Shown: one piece after another, positions 30,904 through 43,138 of the stretch
Layout of the letters: every line of letters begins with the position of its first letter
Numbering within the stretch: position 1 is the first letter of the stretch
Assembly: GCA_963702845.1 (NCBI GenBank)
Contig: OY969763.1
Location: 3,872,001 to 3,936,000 of the forward strand
Origin: an uncultured Verrucomicrobiae bacterium
GTDB lineage: Bacteria > Verrucomicrobiota > Verrucomicrobiia > Limisphaerales > Palsa-1400
DNA length: 64,000 nt
Direction: 5' to 3'
Made by a program: the position numbers and the translations under genes
The notes under the pieces: generated by a model
Seen by the model: only the letters and a program-made list of their open reading frames with translations
Databases searched by the model: none
Told to the model about the DNA's origin: nothing

Positions 30904-33900
30904 ATGCCCACGCGATTCACCACCACGCCACGCGTCTGTCGATTCATTCTGCTGCTTCTGCTCGTCGCCTGCGCGCGACTTACCTTCGCCGCGCCCGATC
31001 TGGAACAAGGATTTCGCCAGCCGCCTAACTCCGCGCGTCCGTGGGTTTATTGGTTTTGGCTCAACGGCAATTTGTCACGAGAAGGCATCACCGCCGACCT
31101 CGAAGCGATGCAGCGCGTGGGCATCGGCGGCGTGCTCATCATGGAAGTGGATCAAGGCGCGCCCAAAGGCGATGCAGATTTCGGCGGAGCGAAATGGCGC
31201 GGTTTGTTCAAGCACGTGCTCGCCGAGGCCCATCGTCTCGGGCTGCAAGTAAATATGAACAATGACGCCGGTTGGTGCGGTAGTGGAGGTCCGTGGATCA
31301 CGCCTGAACTGGCGATGCAAAAACTCGTTTGGACAAATGTTGATGTCAAAGGGCCGAGCAAGTTCGACCAGTCGTTGCCCCAACCTCAGTCGGTCGCGAA
31401 CTATTATAAAGACGTTGTCGTGTTTGCATTCCCGAAGACCGGCTCGTATCGCATCGACAGCATCCAGGGGAAGTCAGCGTTTATCCCGCAGCACGCGCAA
31501 CCGCAACCGCTCACGTTTCCGACTGTTGAAAAACCCGACGTCATCGACCAAAACCAAATCGTCCAACTCACTGCAAAGATGGGCGCGGATGGACATCTAA
31601 CGTGGGATGTGCCGGCCGGCCAATGGACCATCCTGCGCATGGGCCATACACCGACCGGCAAAGACAATCATCCCGCGCCAGAACCTGGCCGCGGGCTCGA
31701 GTCCGACAAACTCAGCAAGAAAGCTACAGAAGTGATGTTCGATGGGTTGATGAAAAAAAATCATCACCGACTCACCGGCGCTTGTTCCGAGCGCCCTCGT
31801 TTCAACTCACATCGACAGTTGGGAAACCGGCTCACAAAATTGGTCGCGGCTGTTCCGCGAGGATTTCAAACGGCTCCACGGATACGATCCGCTGCCCTAT
31901 TTGCCTGTCGTCACCGGCCGCGTCGTGGACAGCCTCGCGAATTCGGAACGATTTCTATGGGACCTGCGCCAAACCGTTTCCGATTTAGTGATTGAGAATT
32001 ACGCAAAACATCTGCGCGACCTCGCACATAAATATGGCGTGCGACTTTCGATCGAGGCTTACGACGCCACGCCGTGCGACGACATGACTTTCGCCTCTGC
32101 CGCTGACGAGCCGATGGCTGAGTTTTGGTCGCGCGGCTATAACACCGCGTATAGCTGCACCGAAATGTCCTCGGCCGCGCACATTTACGGAAAGCGCATT
32201 CTCGGGGCCGAAGCCTTCACTGCCAATAATGCCGAACGTTGGGAACTTCATCCCGCGACCATCAAGGCGCTCGGTGACTGGGCATTTTGCGAGGGCATCA
32301 ACCGATTCGTGTTTCATCGTTACGCGATGCAACCCTGGCGCGATTACGCGCCCGGAATGTCGATGGGACCGTGGGGACTACATTACGAACGCACGCAAAC
32401 GTGGTGGGAGCAGTCGAGCGCGTGGCACGAGTATCTCGCGCGCTGCCAATATTTATTGCAGCAAGGTTTGTTCGTCGCCGACGTATGTTACATCGAATCT
32501 GAAAATGCTCCGCAACGATGGGCTCCGCCAATCGGTGCCCGTGAAGGTAACACGCCCGATCGCCCGCGATACAATTTTGATGGCTGCACGCCTGAAGCAG
32601 TGCTAACGCGAATCAAAGTGAAAGACGGCAACATCGTTTTGCCAGACGGCATGCACTATCGCGTGCTCGTGATGCCCCCGGTGCAAACGATGACGCCGAA
32701 GTTGCTCGCCAAAATCAAAGACCTCGCCGAAGCCGGCGCAACTGTCATCGGCTCGCGTCCGGCGTGCTCACCGAGCCTGAGCAACTATCCGCGATGCGAT
32801 GCAGAAGTGCGCAACCTGGCTGACGAACTCTTCGGCACGGAAGCCAAAGGCGAACCGCACAAAATCGGCAAAGGCAGAGTTTGGGAAACTCACGCCAACC
32901 CCGTCCAACAACAACTCCCCTCGGCCGCGCGATGGATTTGGTATCCAGAAGAAAACCCAGCAGAAGCTGCGCCGGCTGGTAAGCGCTACTTCCAACGCAC
33001 ATTCAACATCGATGACGCGAGCAATATCAAATCCGCAACCGCGTTAATGACCGCCGATAACGAATTCGAATTATGGATCAACGGCCATCGTGCGGGTAAC
33101 GGCGAAGATTTCAATCACCTGGTGCGCATGCCCATCGCGCAGCATCTCAAGACCGGGAAAAATATTATTTCGATCATCGCCGTGAACGGCGCGACAGAGC
33201 CGAATCCTGCCGGATTGATCGGCGCGATTACGATCGAAAACAAAGACGGCCAGCGTGAGAACGTTGTCACGGATAAGCAATGGCAGGCCGCGCAAAACGT
33301 CGCCGAGGATTGGAAGAGCGAATCTCCACATAGTGACAATTGGAAGCGCGCAATGGTTCTCGGAACGCGCGGCATGGCGCCGTGGCACCTTCGTCCTGAA
33401 GAACAACCAATCGACATTCCCGAAGTCGCGCAAGTGCTCGAACGCATGGGCGTGCCGCCGGATTTCAGTTCCGAGGCGCGACTCCGTTACATCCACAAAA
33501 AGTTGAACGGTGCTGATCTGTATTTCGTCGCGAATGGCGGTGATTCGTCAGTCGAAGCGGATTGCACTTTTCGCATTTCGGGAAAATCTCCAGAAATCTG
33601 GAATCCGCTCAACGGCGAGATTCAGAAGAATATTGCGGGCGTCGAGAAGGACGGCCGAATCACCATTCGACTGCAGCTCGAACCTTCTGGCTCGCGCTTC
33701 GTCATTTTCCGCAGCAGACGTTCCAACGCTGTCGCGACTGCGCAGAACACGGATCTCATCTCCGACCATCTGCCGGTCGTAGTTGACGTGAACGGCGCGT
33801 GGAACGTTTCGTTCGATCCCAAACGCGGTGGGCCGACGAACATTCTGCTGACCAGTCTTATGTCATGGTCGCAATCTCCTGAAGCGGGCGTGCGCTTGTA

Positions 33901-34342
33901 CTCAGGCACGGCTGTCTACCGCAAACAGCTCGACATGACCGCGATGTTGCTTGAGCGCAACCGCCGGTTCTATCTCGACCTCGGCAAGGTCCAAATTATG
34001 GCGGACATCAAACTCAATGGCAAAGAGATCGGCATTCTTTGGAAACCACCATATCGGGTTGACGTCACTGATGCGCTTAAGATTGGACCCAATGATCTTG
34101 AGATCAAGGTCGTGAACCTTTGGATCAATCGCCAGATCGGCGACGAGAGCCTGGCCGACGATTGTGACCGTAATCCGAACGGCACTTTGAAGAAGTGGCC
34201 GGATTGGGTGAATCAATCCAAGCCGAGTCCAACGGGACGATTCACGTTCAGCAGTTGGAAGCTCTGGCACAAAGACGAGGCGTTGGCTGAATCCGGATTG
34301 ATCGGACCAGTGACGGTGCGGGCTTCAGTTGTGAAACCGTAA
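30904..34342 (+). CDS. Alpha-L-rhamnosidase, GH106-like (apparent frameshift at the A-run near 31753)
   Basis: ARPWVYWFW, ITADLEAM..GIGG, HIDSWE in the second frame, PMAEFW, AEAFT, GINRFVFH, LDLGKV, SGLIGPV. Confidence 0.88.
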
Positions 34343-35432
34343 TTACGCCGGGTATTCTTTGGCGCTTTCGGGAATCGGCATCAGGACGCGGCGATCTGGA
34401 ACCTTCGCTTTGAGCATCGCGATTTCGTCAGCACCGCTCGTCAGCGGCAATGCGATCTGTCCGCCCTCGGCTGCGCTGCGATACATCGCGGACATGATTT
34501 CGAAACCTTGATAGGCGTGTGGCGAAGGCGCAGGGATGCATCTTTTTGTCGTCGTCCAACCAATCGGCCATTTCCTGAACGTAAGGCGGCATGTCTTCGA
34601 CGTAATCCATGTTGCCACTGCCGCTTTGGTCACCGCCGCTCTTGGTGACTGCGCGCCAACCGCCGTTCGTGATGACTTCGGCGAAACCTTCCGTGCCTTG
34701 CGCGCCCATGCGAGCTTTGCGCCACCAGAAACGTTGTTCTTTGCTGGCGTCGACTTCCGGAACATCAGGCGCGCCGGCGCCGCAATCATAAATGCCGCGC
34801 ACGCCGTTTTTGTAATGCACCACGCCTGCGACGTAGTCGGGCGAGGTATGGAGATCGGCAAGTTTGCCGCGACCAGCGGCCTGGGCCATGGCCCATTCGG
34901 CGGGTTGGTAATCGTTGAACCAGCAGGTGTAATCGATCAAATGGCTGAGCATGTGCGCGGCCCAACCGGTGGCAGTGCCGTAAACAGTGTGGACGCGACC
35001 GAGCGCGCCGCTGGCGACGATTTCTTTAACCTTTTTGTAATGCGCGCCGTAGCGGTGTTGGTGGCTGACGACCGCTTTTGTGCCGGCTTTGTCGAGCAGT
35101 TGCTTGATCTGGATGCCTTCGGTGCTGGTCATCGCGACCGGTTTTTCGAACGCAATCAATTTCGCGCCGGATTCGACGCCGATTTTAACAAAGTCGAGGC
35201 GCAGATGCGGCAGTGTGCAAAAGCAATAAAGGTCGGGCTTGATTTTATTGGCAAGCGCGGCGGCATCGGTGCTGATTTCCGGATTGCCGATTTTCGGCGC
35301 GGCAGCTTCGAGGCGCGCTTTGTCGATGTCGCAAATACCGGCGACCTGGAAACGTGGATTGGCGTGAAAAGCCTGGGCGTGATGCATTCCGCGTTTACCC
35401 ATTCCGACGACGACGACTTTGTAGGTTTTCAT
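34343..35432 (-). CDS. Gfo/Idh/MocA oxidoreductase (apparent frameshift near 34520)
   Basis: VVVGMGKRG Rossmann motif, FEKPVA, HQHRY. Confidence 0.9.
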
Positions 35433-35545
35433 AAAATTCGAGCGGGAATATTGGGGCATTGGTAGTGCGATTCAATGTTTTTCGATAGAAGACGTCCGTC
35501 CGTTTCCGACTTGACGCACGTCCCGAACGTCTCATATTGGCCGCC

Positions 35546-35936
35546 ATGAAATATAAGATTTTGTTGGCTTATTATGCTTTGCAGCGCCGCTGCTATCTTC
35601 TCTGGTTGTGTCGAGACTGCCACCGGCCGAATGACGACCGGGATGCCGTTGCTGACCGATACCAAGATAAGCCGCTATCCGCGCAATCTCGCGCAGGTTT
35701 CGCAAGCGACCGAAGCAGTGCTCGCGCGCATGGGCAAATTGATTTCGCACGACACGATCAATAATTATTACGAAGCCAAAGTCAACCAGCGCTCTGTTTA
35801 CGTGCATCTCGAAAACGTGGACAACGGCAACATCACGCAAGTTTCCGTGCAAGCCCGCACCGGCCTCGGTTCTGACATCCAGATGGCTGCTGAAATTGAC
35901 AAACAAATCGCGCTGCAACTCGCCTCGGGCCAATAG
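35546..35936 (+). CDS. Small lipoprotein (DUF3568-like); possible frameshift in the signal peptide
   Basis: MKYKILLA and ..CSAAAIFSGC lipobox in adjacent frames; TQVSVQART...AAEIDKQI. Confidence 0.6.
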
Positions 35937-35984
35937 CCCAGCATTTCAAGTGGTCGTCCATTTGACTCGCGGGTAAGTTGAACC

Positions 35985-37913
35985 GTGCGTTTGTCGCCGA
36001 AAACAGTTGATACGTTTTATCAGGCGACGCGCGCCTACATCCGTGACCATTGGCGTCGGCTGCTCAAAATCCGCGAGCGCCTGCGCGGTCAGTGAGGAAG
36101 CCGTTCATTTGGTCATCGCCGGCTGTGTTGGCGTTAGCGGCGGCTTGATCAATATTCTTTTTTACCAGGCGATCAGCGCCATGCAGTTTGTGCTCACGGG
36201 CGAGCATGGACACAACATCGTCGAAGTCGCCGATCAACCTCGTTCACGCACGTCAATGGGTGTGGGTCGTCGCTATCCCTGCAGTTGGCGCGCTTTTGTC
36301 GGGCCTGGTTTTATATTGGGGAACACGCTTAGCCGGCAAACAAGGCACCAGCAATCTGCTCGAAGTCGTTGTGGCCGGTGACGGGCGATTCCCATTTCGC
36401 ACTGGCATCGTGCGCACGCTTTCTTCGATGCTCAGCATCGGCAGCGGTTCATCCATCGGGCGTGAAGGCGCTATTGTTCAACTCTCCGCGACCGTTGCGT
36501 CCAAAGCCGGGCAACGCGCGCGATTGGCAACCGTATCGGTTGAGACTTCTGGTCGCGTGCGGCGCGGCTTCGGGAATGGCCGCCGCCTACAACGCGCCGA
36601 TTGCGGGAGCGGTCTTTGCCGCGCAGATCGTCCTGGGAAACTTCTCGATGAACTTGTTTGCTCCCCTGCTCTTCTCCTCCGTTATCGCGTCAATGGTGTC
36701 GCGAAGTTTCTTCGGTTTGAAGCCGTGGTATGAAGTTCCGCAATTCGAGTTCAACAGCATCGTCCAATTACCGTGGTTCATCGTTCTTGGCATTCTTGCG
36801 GGAATTCTCGGCGCGGTTTTCTTAAAGCTGCTTAACTATAGCAAAGCTGTTTTCAAACCGATCCCGCGTCCTTACCTGCAAATGGCTGCCGGCGGATTGA
36901 TGGTTGGTTTAATCGCGCTGTGGTTTCCTGAAGTCTGGGGAAATGGTTACGTCGTCACGAACCACATCCTGCAACAGGAATTCGGATTGGAAGCAGTCGT
37001 CGGAATCTTTTTTGCCAAACTTCTCGCAACTCTGGCGTCCGTCGGCTCGGGCGCGGTGGGCGGTGTGTTTACGCCAACGCTTTTTCTCGGAGCTGGCCTG
37101 GGCAGCATGCTCGGTTACATCCTGCAGGATTGGCATCTTGCTCCCGCGCACCTGACACCGGGAATTTTTGCGCTGGTCGGCATGGGCAGCATGCTTTCGG
37201 CAACGACGCGTTCTCCACTGCTCGCGATCATCATGATTCTGGAAATCTCGCTGAACTACTCGCTGATGCCGGCGTTGATGCTGGGATGCGCGGTGTCGAC
37301 GTTGGTTTCGCGCCGTTTGCATCCGAACTCGATTTACACCGAGCCGCTCCGATTGCGCAGTCTGGAAGTCGAGAGTTATCGCCTTGGCGAAGCAACCCAA
37401 CAAACCGTTGGCGATCTAATGCGCGCACCCGTTGAACCAATTCGCGAAACCGCGCTCCTTCCACAGATCGCAGAGCGTTTCCTCACCGGCACCAACAATT
37501 TCCTTCCCGTTGTCGATTCGAACCGACGGCTGATCGGCATGGTGGCCTTTCATGATTTGAAAGAACACCTCAACGCTGGCATCGAACTGAGCGCAGTTAT
37601 CGCCTATGATATCATGCGCCCAGTGCCGCGTTGCGTGACACCCGGCCAAAAACTTCTCGATGCTTTGCCGGTCCTGCTTTCAAGCGAGCAGCGAAACATC
37701 CCGGTGGTGAACACATTTGAGGAAAACCGGTTGATCGGTTCATTGCCGCGCACCGAATCCCTCGGGTTGTTGTCTGAAGCGATCGCCGCAACGACTTCCA
37801 CTACCGTTGCGTCGGAAGAGCGATCGAAAGATGAACAGCCCGAAACGCGCTTGCCGCAGACCAGAGTCGTAGGAACGGGCTTTAGGCTTTCTTCTTCCAA
37901 GTTCACGCGCTAA
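35985..37913 (+). CDS. clcB: ClC chloride channel with C-terminal CBS pair (about three apparent frameshifts)
   Basis: GSSIGREGA, ACGAASGMAAAYNAPI, GGVFTP, CBS domains LPVVD and IPVVN. Confidence 0.9.
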
Positions 37914-37926
37914 GCTCCGTAAAGGA

Positions 37927-39844
37927 ATGAACAAGATCAAGGCGGTATTCAGCTTCGGCTGGCCCTATTTGTCGCGCTATTGGCAGCGTCTTGTCATTGG
38001 CGTCCTCCTTGGATTCATGTTTCGGTTTGGCGAACGGTAGCTTCATTTGGGCAACAAAGACGACGTTCGCGCGATTGACTCCGCCATCCGCCCAAACCAA
38101 TTCGGTTAGCGCATCGGCGCAAACAAATTCGCTGAGTGCATCCACCGCAACAGCGACCGACAAAAATTCACTAAAAGAAAAACTGAAACGCAAACTGAAT
38201 CGCGTTGGCGACGCAGTCGATCACGCCGTTGACCCGTGGTTGCCGAAAATTAATCGCAAGATCGACATGAAACAAATCATCGGCGGGCTTTTGCTGTTGC
38301 CGTTACTCGTCGGTATCCGCGGAGCGGCTAGTTATCTGAGTACGTATTGCCTTAGTTGGGTCAGCGAACGCGCGATGAACAATCTGCGTGTCGATATTCT
38401 GGCAAACTCAACACTCTTTCTCTGGATTTCTATCACCGTTCGAAAACCGGCGATCTCCTCCAACGCGTAAATTCGGACACGATCGCGTTGCAACAAGCAT
38501 TGAGTCTGGGATTCAGCGATCTGGTGAAGGAACCGATTACGATCATTATTCGTGTTAGCAGGATTGCTCATAGTCAGTGTCAAATTGACCCTTTTCGCGC
38601 TTTTATTCATGCCGTTGTGCATTGTGCCGATCGTTGTGCTCGGCAGAAAAGTCCGACGCGCCAGCAAAGACAGCAGCGCGCCTTTCATCGCCCAATTGAG
38701 TTTGTTAGTCGAAGCTTTTTCGGGCGTTCGCGTCATTAAAGCGTTTGCTCTCGAAAATCGACAACTGGAACGCTTTCGTGAAAATTGCAAGCAATTGACC
38801 AGCCACGGCATTCGAGGCATGAAGGCCAAAGCATTGGTCAATCCAATGATCGAGGTGATTGCACTGACTGGGTTGGGCGCGTTGATTGTTTACATTGTCG
38901 CGTCGGATACCACTTTGAGCGACATGATGGGTTTTCTCGTTGGCACGTTTATGTTGCTCGAACCGATCAAAAAACTGGCAAACGCGCACGTTACATTTGA
39001 GCAAACCAGCGTCGGCGTTGGACGGCTCATGGCGATTGCTCGCCGAACAACCGACCATCAAAGAAGCGCAGTCGCCCAAAGCCCTTCCGCAATTCAAGTC
39101 GGTGATCGCGTTCGAAAATGTCACTTTTTCCTACGGCGATAAACCCGCGCTTCACGGTGTGACTGTAAAAATTCCGCGAGGCTGCAAACTCGGTATCGCC
39201 GGCGAAAGCGGCTCGGGCAAGAGCACGATGGTCAATTTGTTGATGCGTTTTTACGATCCGACAATCGGGAACGGTGCAAATCGACGGGATCGATTTGAAA
39301 GACCTGGCGTTTGCTGACCTGCGCAACTCGATGGCCTTAGTGAGCCAGGATAATATTCTGTTCGACCAGACCGTCGCCGAAAACATCGGATGCGGCAAGC
39401 ACGGCGCAACGCGCGAGGAAATCGAAGAAGCAGCCAAAGCCGCGTCCGCGCACGAGTTCATCATGCAGCTCCCGCAAGGTTACGACACGAGAATCGGCGA
39501 GCGCGGCCAGACTCTCTCTGGCGGCCAACGCCAACGCATTGCGATTGCGCGCGCGTTTCATTCGCAACGCCCCAATTCTCGTGCTCGATGAAGCAACGGC
39601 GTCCCTCGACTCGCATGCTGAAATGGAAGTTCAGGCGGCGATTGAGCGTCTCGAAAAAAATAAGACCGTCATTTGTGTTGCGCACCGATTGTCGACGCTA
39701 ATGGAGATGGATCAGATCATTGTGCTGAAGGACGGACGCGTGGTCGAACAAGGAACATTTGACGAACTTATCCGCGCTGGCGGTGCGTTCGCTGGAATGG
39801 CGCGCAAACAGGGAATTTACGCGCAAATGCAGAACGTTGCTTAA
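37927..39844 (+). CDS. msbA: MsbA-like ABC exporter (several apparent frameshifts)
   Basis: TM domain, [42 protein letters not shown] before ATG 37927. Confidence 0.85.
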
Positions 39845-40908
39845 CTGCGCGATTTGGCCGCGAATCATTTCGAAAGCATGTTCGGGAGAGACTCGCGCCC
39901 AGGCATTTCGACTTGCCCAAAGCCTCACAAACATTCTCTTTGCGATTAATGCAGTCGCACGGCACGACAATTTGGCGATGCGCGTCTCCTGTCAGCATCC
40001 AATCCTTGATCGCGGGATAATCGCGTAAGAACGAAAACGTGCGCGTGCCCACCGCCGGCGCCAAATGAGTCACGCCTGAGTCGCCGCCAACTTGTAACAC
40101 GCACCGCTGCAAGAGCGCCGCGAGTTGCGGAATCGTTGGCAGAAGTGATCGTGGTGACTCGTTTGCTTTGCACGCCCTCGGCAAATGCTCGCAAGCGTTC
40201 CTGCTCGCGTTGTCTCGGCGATGCGGTTGCGACGATGTTCGCATCGACGTCAGCGCTTAGAATTTTTTTCGCCAATTGAATCCAATTCTCCACCGGCCAC
40301 TCCTTCACACACGAACTGGCGTTGATCGAAAAATGCATTGCGTGTGGAGGAATATTTTTCGACGCCCAGTCTTTTGCCGCATTCAGGAATGGCTAGATCA
40401 AATCGTGGCGGCTGAAGCGACATTCCAAGGTTCGAGAGCATCCGCCGCCGCTGCTCTGAAACGATGACGTCATTCGGCCTGTCGCGCCACCCAATGCGGG
40501 ATCAACCATTTCGCCCAAAAGTGTTTTCGCGAACCTTGTTGCGCGACACGCCACTTCGCGCCGGTAAATGCCGTCACGAAAATGGTTCGATCCGCACCGC
40601 TAAAGTTAATCGCCAAATCAAACTTCTCACGGCGAAGTGCGCGCAAGATTCCGATCCCGCGCCACCACGGCGGACTTTTTGCGCCGAGCGGGAATCCCCA
40701 GGCCACATCAACGCATGGCGCAAGCTTCAGCACTTCAGCGCCAAGCTCGGCCGATAATGTATGCAGTTGCGCGCCCGGGATAATTGCGTTTGATCTCCCA
40801 CAGCGCCGGAATCATGTGCACGGAGTCGCCAAGAAAACCGAAATCGACGACGATAATTTTGCGCGCGGATTTCGTTTGCTGATAAAACTCGCTCAGTGCA
40901 AACGCCAT
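39841..40908 (-). CDS. GT9 heptosyltransferase-like glycosyltransferase (several apparent frameshifts)
   Basis: FLGDSVHMIPAL, LRREKFDLAINF, KEWPVENW, GGDSGVTHLA. Confidence 0.85.
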
Positions 40909-40995
40909 TGCACCACGTAATAATGAAGTCAGTTTCGTTGCGACAGCAAAATCGGCTCGACATTTGGCAGCGTGTTTGAAAAAGTGAGCATTGGA

Positions 40996-42188
40996 ATGCC
41001 GGGCACACTTTCGCAACCAAAGACCGACACTGCTTCGTCCAAGCCCATGCCTGCACGCTGGGCCTGTTTCGCAGGGGCGCTGCTTTGGCTCATTCCCGCG
41101 ATTGTCGATCAGCATCATGGCCGGAACGCGTCCGGAGGTCCGCACCGTCAGCGGCAGCTATCATCTGGCCACCGCACAGTGGTGGGCCGGAAAGGACATT
41201 TACGTCGGGCCCTCGGGCATGAATTATTTTCCGCACTTCGTCGTGCTCTATACCCCTTTTCACCTGCTGCCGTTGGCAGTTGGCGAAGTTTTGTGGAGGT
41301 TGATTGCTATCAGCACTATCGCCACCGGCGTTTGGAAATTGATCCGCATGTTGTTGCCGGAAAATTCCAACAAAGCTTTTCTCCTCGCCACCCTTCTGGC
41401 CATGCCGCTCTCTCTTGGCGCGGTGCGCAACGGCAATTCGAATGCGGTTTTTGGTGGTGTGCTCCTGTGGGCGATCATCGCGATTCTCGACGAGCGTTGG
41501 TGGGCCGCGGCGCTCCTCACCATTCTTTCGATGATGATCAAACCGCTCGGCATTGTGTTGTTCCTTCTCGCCCCGTTGCATTATTCGAAAATGCGGGTGC
41601 CACTGGCAATTGGATTATCTGGCGATGTTGGTGTTCCCGTTCTTTTTCGGTAATCCCATATATGTGTGGTCCCAACACAAAGGGTTGGTGGCAAACCTGC
41701 AAAGTTGCGCCGTCGTCACCCAACATAGATTCGCCGACATCAATGGCATTTTCCGCACGTTTAAATCGGAACTGGGCCCGCAAACATCCAAAATCGTTCG
41801 CATCGTCGCCGGTGCTGTCACCGCAGCGCTGTGGTGGTGGGGTTCACGACGTCTCAACAAAACCCACGCCGCACTGTGGCTGCTCGCGCTCACGACATCG
41901 TATCTCATGTTATTCAACCCTATGACGGAAGCGAACAGCTACTCGATCGTCGCCCCTGCCCTCGCCGCGTGGGCGTGCATCTTTATCTTCGGTAGCAGCG
42001 AACTAAAGATTCCGCCCTACGGTTGGTTGATCGTTGGCATGGCGCTGACGATGGGATTGCTTCCCAATCTGGTCCGGCCAATGTTCGGCAATTACTTTGC
42101 GCTGCTCTGGCATCCGCTCATGATGATCGCGTTCCTCATCGTGCTGCTCTGCTTTGTTGAAACGCGGCCAAAACCGCAGACCACATGA
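40996..42188 (+). CDS. GT87/DUF2029-like polytopic membrane glycosyltransferase (two apparent frameshifts)
   Basis: YFPHFVVLYTPF, RNGNSN, IKP, NPMTEANSY; many TM helices. Confidence 0.75.
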
Positions 42189-43135
42189 GCACGATCGATA
42201 TTTCCATCGTCATCCCAGTTTACAATGAAGAGGAAAGCATCACGCCTCTTTACGAAAGGCTGACCGCCGCTCTCGTCAAACAGACTCGTCCATACGAAAT
42301 CATCTTCGTGAACGATGGCAGTTCCGATCGCTCGTTCGAAGTTTTGTCCGGTATCGCGGCTAAAGACAAAATGGTCAAAGCCATCAATTTTCGACGCAAC
42401 TTCGGCCAGACCGCAGCGATGACTGCCGGCTTCGATTTTGCCAACGGTCGCATCATCATCCCGATGGATGGCGATTTCCAAAACGATCCCGAGGACATTC
42501 CTCTTTTCGTCGCAAAACTTGAAGAAGGCTACGACGTCGTCAGCGGTTGGCGCAAAGACCGTCAGGACAAAGAAGTTATTCGCAAGATTTTCTCGCGCGT
42601 CGCCAATCGTCTCATCGCATCCATCACCGGCGTCAAACTGCACGATTCCGGCTGTTCGATGAAAGCCTATCGCAGCGAAGTGCTCAAAGGCACTCGGCTC
42701 TACGGCGAAATGCACCGATTCATTCCGGCCCTGGCCAATTTGATGGGCGCTAAAATTTGCGAAGTCGAAGTTCGCCATCACGCCCGCCAGTTCGGCAAAA
42801 GTAAATACGGCCTGAAACGCACGGTGAAAGTTGCGCTGGACTTGATCACCGTAAAATTCCTCGCCGAATTTTCGACCAAACCCCTCTATATGTTCGGGGG
42901 CATTGGCTCGATTCTCTTTACGCTTGGGTTTTTGTCCGGTGCCGAAACGCTCTGGGAAAGATGGGCCTACGGCACGTTCGTCCATCGCAACCCGTTCATT
43001 CTCCTCGCCATTTTCCTCGCGAGCCTTGGCATTAATTTTATCCTGATGGGACTTTTGGCCGAGTTGATCGTGCGCACGTATCACGAGTCGCAAAACAAAC
43101 CCATCTATCACATCCGCGAAACGCGCAATCTGTAG
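42185..43135 (+). CDS. GT2 polyprenol-phosphate glycosyltransferase (ArnC/GtrB-like)
   Basis: VIPVYNEEE, NDGSSD, RNFGQTAA, MDGDFQNDP, GEMHRFIP; two C-terminal TM helices. Confidence 0.92.
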   Translation: MSTIDISIVIPVYNEEESITPLYERLTAALVKQTRPYEIIFVNDGSSDRSFEVLSGIAAKDKMVKAINFRRNFGQTAAMTAGFDFANGRIIIPMDGDFQNDPEDIPLFVAKLEEGYDVVSGWRKDRQDKEVIRKIFSRVANRLIASITGVKLHDSGCSMKAYRSEVLKGTRLYGEMHRFIPALANLMGAKICEVEVRHHARQFGKSKYGLKRTVKVALDLITVKFLAEFSTKPLYMFGGIGSILFTLGFLSGAETLWERWAYGTFVHRNPFILLAIFLASLGINFILMGLLAELIVRTYHESQNKPIYHIRETRNL

Positions 43136-43138
43136 TCC

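Noticed and set aside
31745..31765. A-run frameshift in the GH106 gene as phase variation or programmed frameshifting
   Set aside because: Indels are common across the window, so a homopolymer sequencing error is the simpler explanation
34536..35465. 309-aa antisense ORF over the oxidoreductase
   Set aside because: Codon-register shadow of the minus-strand gene
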